A stretch of 64,000 nt of DNA from Macrostomum lignano (lineage: Eukaryota). Positions 1 to 11,720 of the stretch are shown one piece after another; the first letter of the stretch is position 1; each line of letters opens with the position of its first letter. The stretch is taken from the NCBI GenBank assembly GCA_002269645.1, contig NIVC01000077.1, positions 1 through 64,000 on the forward strand. Direction: 5' to 3'. Below the pieces are notes generated by a model. That model searched no databases. It saw nothing but the letters and a program-made list of their open reading frames with translations, and was not told the origin of the DNA. A program made the translations under genes and the position numbers.

Positions 1-33
1 AACTTTGACAATACCATTATTAGCAATTCATAG

Positions 34-3000
34 CTAGGTCGCTACGACTTGTGGCCGCTGCTTTCTGGCGGCGGTAGTTTGCTTAGGTACCCTCTGGCTA
101 GCATTGACGCCTGCTGCTGGTGTAGCACCGCTGCCAGAGGCTGCGCCAGCGCCGCCACCATTGCGACGCATCAAACCGGACAGAGTCGACCGAATTCCTC
201 GCGGCCTAGCCGGTTTAGTTGGAATCACTTTGCTTGGCGGTGTAACCAGGGCGTTAGGCGATGTAACAGCTAGTGTAGCAGTGGTAGTAGTGGCAGCAGT
301 TGCACCAGTCATGTGCGGCGGCGGTGGCGGCGGCGGCGGCGGTGGCGGCGGCGGCGGCCTGAGTCCAGCCACGCGCGTGACTTTTAACGCCTGCTGAGAA
401 CAGGCCGCCTGCCTATCAGCTGATATCATTTGTTGACGACGAACTGGCAGCGGAGGCGGCGGTGGCTGCGGTGGCAGTTCGGACGAGCGCTGCCTAGTGA
501 GTGAAACATTTGGGCATTGGCGCTACTAACAGTAGTATTCGTAGTACTAGTAGTAGTGATACCAGTCGCAGTCTCGCCGCCGCCCGGGCATGTTAAATCG
601 AAGGCGAAAGCGTGCGACAATAGAAGCTCCAGAGCGGTGGTCAAATCAGCAAAAAGTTCGCAATAGCGATTGTGACAGCCTCGTATGAAGGCTGTCTGTC
701 GGTAGTAACGCTTTAATAGGGCCTCGTTGCGAGCTAGTTCAACTAGCCAGCTTAGTAGGATGCGAGTGCTGCGGGCGAAAGGTACAGTAAGGGGCAGAGA
801 AATTTTATTGCTTGTAGAAACGAGGTGATGTACACTTAAGGACTTAGAGAAGTTTTATCGCCTGGGGAAAGGGGTGGTGTACATTTAGGGGCTAGAGAAG
901 TTTTATCGCCTGGGGAAAGGGGTGGTGTACATTTAGGGGCTAGAGAAGTTTTATCGCCTGGGGAAAGGGGTGGTGTACATTTAGGGGCTAGAGAAGTTTT
1001 ATTGCCTGGGGAAAAAGTGGTGTATATTTAGGGGCAGATAAATTTTATTACTTGTAGAAACGAGGTGATGTAAATTTAGGTGGCTAGAGAAGTTTTATTA
1101 CCTGGGAAAAGGGTGGTTAAAGATTTAAAGTTAGAGAAACTTGATAGCTTGGAGGTGATCTAACTCACTTTAGGCAGGCCATAACAAAAGCATTAAATTT
1201 AAGCCGTTCAAGAGATAGACCGCTGATACTTCGAACAGAACGCAACGCTTCGCTAAACAGAGTGTTGTACGGGCCTAGAAAATGTAGTAGGGATGATAAA
1301 ATGGTAACTAGCAAAGTAATAAACACGTCCGATACATATCGGTAATTCTAAAGATATACATTTAGCGGATATGCTCGTAACTACGCCCATTTTACATACG
1401 TAGCAGCATATTTAATAGTACTTTTTTACATATCAATAAAGTCAAAGATAAAATCCAATTTTCGCCTCATATAGGCAAAACAAACAACTAAATGCGGTTT
1501 TGGCAACTAAAACTTTTCGATGCATTACGACAGAACCAAAACCCGCCATACCGGGTTTGCAGGACTCTTCGATCATCTGCCACAGGTGAGAGCGATTTTT
1601 CACCACTCCGAATCCAAGACGACTACTAGCAGTCACCGCTGACGATGGCGCAGCAGGCGACGCGGCCGAAGACGTCGAGGAGGCAGCGCCGCCGCTGCCA
1701 GGCGCCAGCAACTCGTCAGTCAGCAGGCCGTGCAACGGTGGGCAAAGCCTGCGGGCCGCGGCTGACTGCGGGTCGCCGCCAGAGGCGATCGCCAGCAGCA
1801 GGTCGTTAACGCCACGGATTGCGTCGCTGACGAGAGTCTGCAAGCGTTGTCGATGCGATTTTTCGCCAACAGCACGCGGCGATTCCGGCGGTGAGCCGTG
1901 GAACAGCAGAGGCGGACTGTCGCTGTCGCCGCCGTATAGACCAACCTTAGATTATCGTTGCGGGTGTTTACTTTCGATACATATTGGTTAAGCATCAGAT
2001 TGGTAGTTAATTTCAATAACAATAGGATAGATAAACAACGAAGGTTACAAGATGAAACAACTGAGCATTACCTGTTTCGGTATAACATTAGTTGTCAAAT
2101 CGTTCAGCTGCAAACTAAGCGGCCTACGAATCTTCGACTTTGAAGTCGACGTCGACGCATTAGCCGTAGCTGTCGACAGTCCAGCCGCCGAATTTTTCCT
2201 CGATGTCGATCGTCGATTAGTTGGTGCGGACGTCGGCGCCGACGGTGGCCGGTCGCAGAAGGACACGGACTTTTTAGCGCGGAATCCGCCGTTACTGCCA
2301 GCGCCATCGTCGGCTGCTGCAGCAGCGGCGTCATTGTCGGCGGCAGCTGCGGCAGCGGCAATGTCCGCATCGATAACTGACTCCGACGAGGACGAAGACG
2401 AAGAATCGACGTCGGCTTCGTCGCCAGCACCACCGACATTGCCGCCGCCCCCGCCCCCAAGTAGGCATGACTTCAACGGTCGCTGACGGCAGCCGCATTT
2501 CCGACAGACGACGGTGCTGCAACTCGAACTGGCCGCAGCAGCTCCAGGCGTGTCGATGCCGGAGTCGCTGGTGTCGCCAGGCGGCGGAGGCGGCGGTGGT
2601 GGCGGAGGCAGAGGGTCGCCAAGGAAGCCAAGGCCGCTAGGCAAGGGGCCGCCGCCGGCGCGTTGCCTTCTTAAATGCGCCGACAAGCCAGCGGCAGGCG
2701 GGAACTGGCAGGCGACGCTTTGACGATCGGCTGGAGTCGACGAAGCCGACGAGGAAGCGGCAGCTGTGGCAGCAGCGGCGGCAGCGGCGGCGACAGACAG
2801 GAGCGAACCGTGCGAGCCGTCCCGCGAGCTGTTGCGCCTTCGCGATCGCTGGAACAGCTCGAGCAGAGTGCCGGAGTACTGAGCTCGCTCTGACCAGGGC
2901 GAGACAACGTTGGCGGCTTCTTCTGTGCAGTCTTTGTCCAAGCAGAAGTCTTTGTTGCTATCTAATCTAAGCGAGGTTGCCATGGTAGGCGGTACTCGCG

Positions 3001-3126
3001 CAATTTCGCTTAAAGCGCGCCAAGATGCCAGCCGGTTGCCGGCGCTGCTTTTCAATCGGCGCCACGTGGTCGTGTTTGCGCCAGATTCCGTCGCTGTCGC
3101 AGCGCCTCTAGTTGCTATGGCAACGC
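34..3126 (-). CDS. RUN-domain protein (RUSC1/2 / UNC-14-like), core exons 3126-2072, 1945-1552, 1274-1169, 768-531, 489-34
   Basis: GT-AG junctions are phase-compatible (0,1,2,0). The spliced product reads RLCPPLHGLLTDELL...RSHLWQMIEESCKPG|PYNTLFSEALRSV...KFNAFVMACLN|TRILLSWLVELARNEALLKRYYRQTAFIR...DLTTALELLLSHAFAFDL, which follows RUN blocks A-F. Poly-Pro and low-complexity flanks. The last 41-nt intron (490-530) is inferred. The 5' exon is unresolved. Confidence 0.85.
790..1120. repeat. 48-bp minisatellite in RUN-gene intron
   Basis: Unit agagaagttttatcgcctggggaaaggggtggtgtacatttaggggct starts at 846 and 894 and continues, with degenerate flanking copies. Confidence 0.9.
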
Positions 3127-3325
3127 CTAAAATTCGAACAATGGTGATTGTATACTGCATAACGGTAATAAACAAATTTTCTAAACAAAGGACGATTCTA
3201 AAGGTTCCAAAAGTTATTAAAGGGTGGTTTGAAGTTAGGAGCGTTTACCAGTGGTAGACATACTCCTAAAAGCAATACTCGTAATACAAGATGGAAAACA
3301 CTAACCAGTTTTATTCTTTCCCAAC

Positions 3326-3653
3326 TCGGAAGCTGTCCCGGAGGCCTCCAGCCCGACCACCAGGCGGTATCGCTCCTAGTGGACGGAGGCGATGCGGCCA
3401 GCAAACGTTGACAGACGCCGCCGACGCCTACGCCTGACTCGCTGTCGTCGGCCGAGTAGCCGCCATCCTGCGAAGCTGCTGTTAATGGCGGTGTCGGAGT
3501 GGTCGCCAGCGCCATCGCCTCGTCTGAGCAGTAGGCTTGCCGATCTTGAGCACTCTGCTGTTGCTTCTGTTGCTGTTGTTGTTGTTGCTGCTGTTGTTTT
3601 TGTTGTTGTTGCAAAAGCAGACACGAGTCGCTTTGAGACATGTCCAACAGCAT
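3326..3653 (-). CDS. candidate 5' exon of RUN gene (polyQ-containing)
   Basis: Open frame MLLDMSQSDSCLLLQQQQKQQQ...GWRPPGQLP with a polyQ tract. A weak phase-1 donor (A|gttggg) at 3326 matches the phase-1 acceptor at 3126. Confidence 0.5.
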
Positions 3654-4554
3654 ATCGATTGGTTGGCCATTGGCACTGTGCTGGGACGCTGACTTGTCTG
3701 CGGGTTCAATTGAGGTGTTTGGATATTTTTGATTTGTAGATTGGCTAGGCTTGCCCCTGTTAAGGCGATGACGCAATTGAAGAAAATGTAGACGATCAGT
3801 CTCTTAGCTGTTTTACTGTTAACATAATCAGAACCTCCTTTTTGAAGTTTCTTTCTTTGATTGACGATGACTGCAGTGTGGGCCCGATACCTAGGCCCAG
3901 AAGCGTCCCAAAGTCACTTGCATCGCCTCAGCGTCGTTGCAGGTAACACAGGTAAAACAGAAAAGAAGTGACTCTAAAACGACTCGAAAAAGAATGGGAT
4001 ATCATGGTACAAGTCGCCAAAAAGTCGTCAAAGCGACTGTGGGTTCACTTCATAAAGTACGACCGCATTTCGTATCTATAACAACTCTATTCAGTCTACT
4101 AGAGTCAGTAGAAAGTTAAGCGCTACACAGCGACTCTTAGACGACATTTTTGCAACTTCTTTTATAAAATTCGCCTCTCAATCGCATTACAGTCGTTTGA
4201 GTCGTTAAAAAGGAGCAAGAATCGCCCCAGAGTGGCTAGAGTCACAAGTGAGTTGTTTGAAAAGACTGACAATTCTTGTCACGGTAATGCAGTTTTCAAT
4301 GTGTGTGCAAAAATTAGTCTTGGGATGGTGCAATTCAACCTGGGGCTGGAGCTTGTGCCTAAATAGCTCAAATTCTCGTTCAATCATAGAAAACATAGAG
4401 ATTTTACTACATCTTGTTGTTTATTATGAACAATTATGAATTGTTTATTATAGCTAGTAAAACCTATAGATTCAACATGGTAACAGTGCCAATTTCTGAC
4501 AAACATCCATTCGCAAGATTCCAAGTAGAAGCTTTGATACAGCTTACAACCATT

Positions 4555-5034
4555 CAGGGGCGTCGCCAACGGGGGGGGGACATGCCAATGCTTTGCCCCC
4601 CCCCCACCCCATCTTGTGACCCGTTATGGAAATCAATAATTTTGCTGCAGGGCGACAATACATAGTGCCTGCAGCGCCAAAATCAGTGCCTGCAGCGCCA
4701 AAATGAGTGCCTGCGGCGCTAAAATGAGTGCCCGAGGCGCTAAAATGAGTGCCTGCTGCGCTAAAATGAGTGCCTGCTGCGCTAAAATGAGTGCCTGCTG
4801 CGCTAAAATGAGTGCTCGAGGCGCTAAAATGAGTGCTCGAGGCGCTAAAATGAGTGCCTGCTGCGCTAAAATGAGTGCCTGCTGCGCTAAAATGAGTGCC
4901 TGCTGCGTTAAAATAACTGCTGACAACACCGATTCTGAAAATAATGTACATGTAAGAATTTAGTCATGTACATGTACATGTATAATTATTGGCTTTGTCC
5001 CCCCCCCACCAAAAAATCCATGGCGACGCCCCTA
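4555..5034. mobile_element. hAT-type MITE with internal 21-bp tandem array
   Basis: TIRs caggggcgtcgcca / tggcgacgcccct(a). 8-bp TSD caaccatt (4547-4554) / caaccact (5035-5042). Internal (gtgcctgctgcgctaaaatga)n at ~4661-4910. Confidence 0.75.
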
Positions 5035-6440
5035 CAACCACTGAAACAAGTTTCCTATCGTAACTTTTTTCTAAGAAAGAAACCGCACCGCGGGATGCTA
5101 GTGTATGATTTAGATTGATGACTAAGCAAGTAGAGAGAGCAGGAAAGACTGAGAGAGAGAGAAACCCCATACGCACACTTTCAATTGCTGGATTTGCCGA
5201 GCTTGCACCCAGTGGGCCATTAGGCATCAGCCGCCCACACAGCCCGAGTCAACAGCCAGCATCCCTACCTCAGCCACTAGATGCACGGTTAGAAACATTT
5301 TGACGCTAGAAAAAAACAGAACATTAAAATTGCTTCTATATTGCATTTTTCTGTGTTTTTCTTCTTTTAAAGCAGAAAGTGCAGACTTTTCTCTATCTTG
5401 TATTACTTGCTAACGAATTTTCGCTAACCAAAAAAAGTTCTAAAAGTCGCTCTCCATATAAAAAACATCTTTTGCGCCGAAACTTTAAACTTTTGAAGAA
5501 ATAATTATGGTTATAAAATTATGAACATTAATAACCGAAGTTCGCACTTTTCTGCTTGCTTCTTACAGAGACCGGAGCAGAACAGTGTCAGTGAAACACT
5601 GATCCTACCTAGCCTTGTCTTGGTCAGTATCCAGTGGGTGTGGGAATACATGCTTCCCTCTCCCTACCTCCCAGGAGAAAACCATACAGAATTGGCTACA
5701 CTATGCAGCAGTTTCTACTAGGGGTTGTTCAGAGGTTGAACAAAAGTGCAAACTCAGATATCTAGTAGGCCTACTAATAAATCAGTAGGGAGGTTCTTAG
5801 CAGATTAATTATGTTGACAAGATTACTATTATAAATAATATTTATAACATAATTTAAGTTGAAATATTATTGACACATGCCAAGTGTGAAACTCTGTCAC
5901 ATTATGGGGGTGAGAAAGTGAAAAAGGATTAAACCTTTTAGCCTTTAGTAGCCCTCAAACGCCGAACTGAAAGCTCAGAATATCGATCTGAATATTATTC
6001 TCTCTTTCAGAATAGCCTCCCTGAGCCTCCCTGGACAACCCTAGTACAGAAAAGGATAGGACTAAGGAAAGGAGTTAATCTAAAAAAGACAAGAGACACT
6101 TAGCCAATGGCACTGAAGAGCCTGGGTATAAACGGGCAGGAATTAATGTATGACGACATTATCTTTGACAGTCTAGGGAAGTATAGCTACAATAATTCAT
6201 TAAAGGGAAGAAGTTGTAAAGAATTCTAACAGAAAAGTAATGAAATGAAACAGTATGGATTATATTGCTCAGCTTTTACGAGTATATAAAAGTTCAACCA
6301 CAAATTTTACATAGGTTTGATCAGTTCATTAATCATTTATTATGACAATGGGTGATAATGCCATGGTAGGCTATAGTAGTAGCGTTTGGGAGTGGTGAAG
6401 GTGGTAGGTAGTTTTAGGGGTTGCGCTAGATAATTTGGGT

Positions 6441-6870
6441 TGTGGTAGATCGAGTTAATGAGCTGTGGTAGATAGAGTTAATGAGCTGTGGTAGATAGAG
6501 TTAATGAGCTGTGGTAGATAGAGTTAATGAGCTTTGGTAGATCGAGTTAATGAGCTGTGGTAGATAGATTTAATGAGCTGTGGTAGATAGAGTTAATGAG
6601 CTGTGGTAGATAGAGTTAATGAGCTGTGGTAGATAGAGTTAATGAGCTTTGGTAGATCGAGTTAATGAGCTGTGGTAGATAGAGTTAATGAGCTGTGGTA
6701 GATAGAGTTAATGAGCTTTGGTAGATCGAGTTAATGAGCTGTGGTAGATAGAGTTAATGAGCTGTGGTAGATAGAGTTAATGAGCTGTGGTAGATAGAGT
6801 TAATGAGCTGTGGTAGATAGAGTTAATGAGCTTTGGTAGATCGAGTTAATGAGCGGTGGTAGATAGAGCT
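6441..6870. repeat. 23-bp minisatellite
   Basis: (gagttaatgagctgtggtagata)n; period 23 from gagtta at 6452 and 6475. Confidence 0.95.
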
Positions 6871-6987
6871 AATAGTGGTGGCAGATGGAGTTAGGTGGTA
6901 CTAGAATGTGTGCTTGTAGATAGATTTAGAGATTGCGGTTAGGAGTGACTTCTCCAGCCCCCAAATCAGCGCTCACGCTAAACTTAC

Positions 6988-7246
6988 AAGCCAGAGGTTC
7001 AAACGGTTGCATAAAATCTTCGTCGAATGCCAACTCCTGAGCGGTGGAGTCCAGCATTAGGTTCATGGCGACGCCCGTCAGTGCAGAATTCGGTCCGCTA
7101 ATATCCGAGCCGCTTCTTCCAGCAGCGTTTTCCAGGAATCCTAGTCGCCAGTGCTGCTGCTGCTGCGGCCCGCCTGTGGCGCCTGCACATTCTGGACTGC
7201 TGATACCGCCGCCACCGCCGAATGCGGCGAAGGCGCTTTCGCACAT
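6988..7246 (-). CDS. candidate alternative first coding exon of RUN gene
   Basis: ATG at 7246 is preceded by a pyrimidine-rich aag. GC-rich coding-like frame MCESAFAAFGGGGG...FEPLA. A strong phase-1 donor (T|gtaagt) is compatible with the acceptor at 3126. Confidence 0.55.
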
Positions 7247-7332
7247 CTTGAGGGGGGTGAAGGAAGATAATTAGTTTGTGCTTTAGCGACCTTTTTAAAT
7301 TGAGAATCTGAAAGGCCGGCTCCGGCCCTGGA

Positions 7333-7950
7333 TATGGGAGGCTGGCCCAGCAGCTGAGGATCTGGGAGGCTGGCCCAGCAGCTGAGGATCTGGGAGGCTG
7401 GCCCAGCAACTGACACTCTGGGAGGCTGGCCCAGCAACTGACACTCTGGGAGGCTGGCCCAGCAGCTGAGGATCTGGGAGGCTGGCCCAGCAGCTGAGGA
7501 TCTGGGAGGCTGGCCCAGCAACTGACACTCTGGGAGGCTGGCCCAGCAGCTGAGGATCTGGGAGGCTGGGCAAGCAGCTGAGGATCTGGGAGGCTGGCCC
7601 AGCAGCTGAGGATCTAGGAGGCTGGGCAAGCAGCTGAGGATCTAGGAGGCTGGGCAAGCAGCTGAGGATCTGGGAGGCTGGCCCAGAAACTGAGAATCTG
7701 GGAGGCTGGCTCAGCAACTGAGGATCTGGGAGGCTGGCCCAGCAGCTGAGGATCTGGGAGGCTGGGCAAGCAGCTGAGGATCTGGGAGGCTGGCCCAGCA
7801 GCTGAGGATCTAGGAGGCTGGGCAAGCAGCTGAGGATCTAGGAGGCTGGGCAAGCAGCTGAGGATCTGGGAGGCTGGCCCAGAAACTGAGAATCTGGGAG
7901 GCTGGCTCAGCAACTGAGGATCTAGGTGGCGCAGCGACTAAGGATCTGGG
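7333..7950. repeat. 28-bp GC-rich minisatellite (family also at 44561-45300)
   Basis: (ggaggctggcccagcagctgaggatctg)n, giving 28-aa periodic pseudo-ORFs. Confidence 0.95.
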
Positions 7951-10369
7951 AGGACAGTGATAGTACTATAAGTATATACCATACAATAAGATCACTAGGA
8001 TTAATGATTAGCTAGAATAGCTTTGTGAAGGCTTAAAAAATGTAAAGCAAAATACACCAAACCATTATATAAGATGTAAAAGTAATATAAATTTAAGACC
8101 CAAAACCTACAGAGTCTACAGTAAAATCACTAACCCTGGTATTCAAGAGAAAACTATCTGTTTAACCATATCTGTTAGCACAAAAGCAAGATGAACCAAC
8201 TAAAATACATTTTTGAAAACTTTACCAATATCACCAATAGTGTAAAGGAAATGAATGCAATGGTATCAACTACCGATTAAAAATGAACAAATTAATTAGA
8301 CAAAATATTATTTGAATAAACATTAAATACAATGGATTTCTTACATTCAGATACTACTGTAGATTATGTTCTACAATATAGCAATAATGAAAATTTTATA
8401 TCAATAATCCTTATCAGGATTATATACAATTTAATTTTAACTGTTATTGTCACATCACTAGATAGTGCTGTTTGGTATTAGTCAAATTACTAAAAAATCA
8501 AAGTAAACACTAACATCTCTTTCTACATTTCATAATCTACATTGCTAAGTATCTCTCTCAAATGAAAAATGAAAAAGTTAACTTAATGAAAAAGTTAAAA
8601 AATACTGAACTTACATTAAATAACACCAGGGAACAGGGTATAAATTTGGCATTTAGGGTTCAAAATGAAAATACCAAATTTAAGTTTGCTAAGATACACA
8701 TCAATAAAATATATTTACAAATGATTTAATATGAATAATAGTTCAAAATGAACATGCTTGAATTAAAAAAAAGAACTTTTAAAACACTTACCCTACCCTG
8801 AAGAAAGAAGTCATGTTCCATGTGACTCAGTTAGAACATAGATACCACAAATAGACTAGTTATATACTTCTTTACTAACTTTTACTTGATAAGGTGCCTG
8901 AAAGAAACAAAATATTATGTACATCATGAAACATTAAAGATAGTTATTTTAAAATAGTATTAACCAACAAAATCAAAAGCAAATTTGAAACTTGTCTTAC
9001 TCTTAGATTTTACATATCTTTTTTGTTTTAAAAACTTTCTATTTGAAAACATAATAAAATGTTAATAAACTATGATTGTTAATAAATAAATTCTTTTATT
9101 TTATTTATTTATTTATTTTACATTAATGTTAACATTTAGCAAAGGCCTAGAAGTTTATTAAAGGCCCTATTGCAGAGCCAATATTTTTATCTAAAGTCAT
9201 AGACCAAAGCTTATGCCTATCTATATCCTAATAAATAAATTAGTCCATATGAATTTAAAAAAATTATATAAGCCCCTATTTAGAATACTAATACTAAGGT
9301 CTATATAGCAAGGAAAGAGAAAACTAAACTTGTTAAACATATATCTATATTTTGCTTCATAAAAAATATATGAAAAGACCTAAATTTTAGTAATTTTAGT
9401 AAAATTTAACATTTAGTTCTTAGTCATTTAATGCAATAAGACTTTGCCTTTTGGTTATGATTAACAAAATTTTAATATTACAAGTTCAACACTATTAGTT
9501 AAATTGAGAAGTACTATAGCAAATTGCAATTAATTAAGATAACAAATAGGATTTACAAGCACAACTTACAAATTTACTATATTAAAAAACCTAAAAGCTA
9601 AAAAAAGCTAAATTAGACCTAAGGTAAATGGTAGTAGTAGTAGTATAGGCATAGCACTTCAAATTAGGGGGGGGGCAATGGTTGGTAGGTTGGATGGTCC
9701 CCCTCTCTCCTAGCAATTTTTTTAGAATTGGAATAGAAAAGTATACTAAAATCTTTAAAAACACATATAATGAGCTTCATACATGCGCAACTTCTAAAAT
9801 TACGCTGGCCGTGCGACTTAGTTTTCGATAAAAAATGCGACTTACCTATGAAAGAGCCAAGCAAAAACTTTAGGTAAACGGCAGGAGTAACTATGACCAT
9901 ATTTTTTAAAGCTAAATGCCTCGCCAGCTAATTAGTGCTGCGTGCAGATTCCGCGTTTTTATAACAGCTAATCAGTATGTCATCTAGTGGCGGCATGAAG
10001 CAATTAGTAAATTGTCAGTACAGTGTAGTGAGCATACTACAAAAGTCATGATTCATGAATGTCCAGAAGTAAGTGAAGTGAATACAGTGTGACCTATAGC
10101 TCAAGAACGATTTGCTAGACGATTTGGCATGGAAGATGAGAGCCCTGACTCAGATGGCTCATCAGATGCAGAATACGAATCCAGTAGAGATACAAGCTGT
10201 GAAAACCCACAGATTTTTAAACCACTGAATTCTAATTCCCGGAACTATTTTTGCATAGATTCTAAATTTGAAGTCATGCTCAAACAAAAACTTGTTAACA
10301 GTTAGGAAAAAGGCAAAGATGGGAGTAATGCATGTTAAACTAAGATTTGAGGCCTTTGCAAATTCTCTC

Positions 10370-11101
10370 CATTCCTCAATCTTCTCATCCTCTTTTTCTT
10401 TTCTCTCTCATCCCTTATCCCTTCTCTCTTTCCTCTCCTCTCTCCTCTCTTTCCTCTCCTCTCCTATCTCTTCTGTCTCCTCTCTACATTCTTATCTCTC
10501 CTCTCGTCTCTCTCCATTCCACTCTACTCTCTCATCTTATCTCTCCTCTCTTTTCTACTCTCTCATCTTATCTCTCCTCTCTTTTCTACTCTCTCATCTC
10601 TCCTCTCTTCACTCTCCTCTCATCTCCTCTTTATCCTCTCTTCTCTCATCTACTCTCTCCTCTTTCCTCTTTCCTCTCTTCTGATCTCATCCATCATCTT
10701 TTCTTTCCTCTTTCCTCTCATCTCCTCTTCTCTCTCATCTCTTTTTCCTCCCTCAGCTTTTCTCTCCTTTTCTATCTTTTCTCCCATCGCATCGCTCGCC
10801 TCTCCTCTGTTTGCTTATCTCTAATCTTCTATTTCCTCTACTTTGAAGTAAGAAAATATGCACATATTTTTGCTGAAGATAAGAGGAGAGAAGAGGGCAT
10901 TGAGGAGAAAGGGTAGAGAAAGGGGGAGAAGAGAGGGTAAAAATGAGAGGAGAGAGAAGAGGGGAGGCAAGGTAGAGAAGAAGAGAGAGATGAGAGTTGA
11001 AGAGACACCAACCTTGCTACTCGTAGTTAGGAAGTTTCAAAGAACCCGAGGGGCGAGGGCCAGATAGAGGGGCTTCGCGAGCCGGAGTTTGCCGACCCCT
11101 G
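10370..11101. mobile_element. partial hAT-Charlie-like MITE (right end only) with CT- then AG-rich low-complexity sequence
   Basis: Right TIR agtttgccgacccctg ends at 11101. The subterminal gacacaacc...gaagtttcaaag.acccgagggg matches 15447-15562. No left TIR was found. Confidence 0.6.
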
Positions 11102-11264
11102 CTCCAGAGTTTAAGAAATCAATGGGAAACTGTTGACGCGGGCTTCTGATTTCAAAGATCTTGTCTGTTGTTGAAGGCTTCTATTCTGTTTTTGCTCTCC
11201 TGCCACACTTGCACCTACTACCCCCTGATTGCCTCTGATTGTGACTTACTTCCCTCTTATTGCG

Positions 11265-11720
11265 ACTTAGTTGCTTCTTTTTGCGACTTACCTAATCCTT
11301 TTTGCGACTTACCTAATCCTTTTGCGACTTACCTAATCCTTTTGCGACTTACCTAACCCTTTTGCGACTTACCTAATCCTTTTTGCGACTTACCTAATCC
11401 TTTTGCGACTTACCTAATCCTTTTGCGACTTACCTAACCCTTTTGCGACTTACCTAATCCTTTTTGCGACTTACTTAATCCTTTTTGCGACTTACCTAAT
11501 CCTTTTTGCGAGTTACCTAATCCTTTTGCGACTTAGCTGATCCTTTTGCGACTTACCTGATTCTTTTTGCGACTTACCTAATCCTTTTTGCGACTTACCT
11601 AATCCTTTTTGGGACTTACCTAATCCTTTTTGTGACTTACCTAACCCTTTTGCGACTTACCTGATCCTTTTTGCGACATAGTTTGCTTCTTTTGCGACTT
11701 ACCTGATTCCTGTTGCGACT
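11265..11720. repeat. 20-21-bp minisatellite
   Basis: (ttttgcgacttacctaatcc[t])n with degenerate edges. Confidence 0.9.

Noticed and set aside
7333-7950. Resemblance of ggaggctgggcaag to the Jeffreys/Chi-like minisatellite core
   Set aside because: Short, imperfect similarity expected by chance in G-rich repeats; no evidence for a recombination role.
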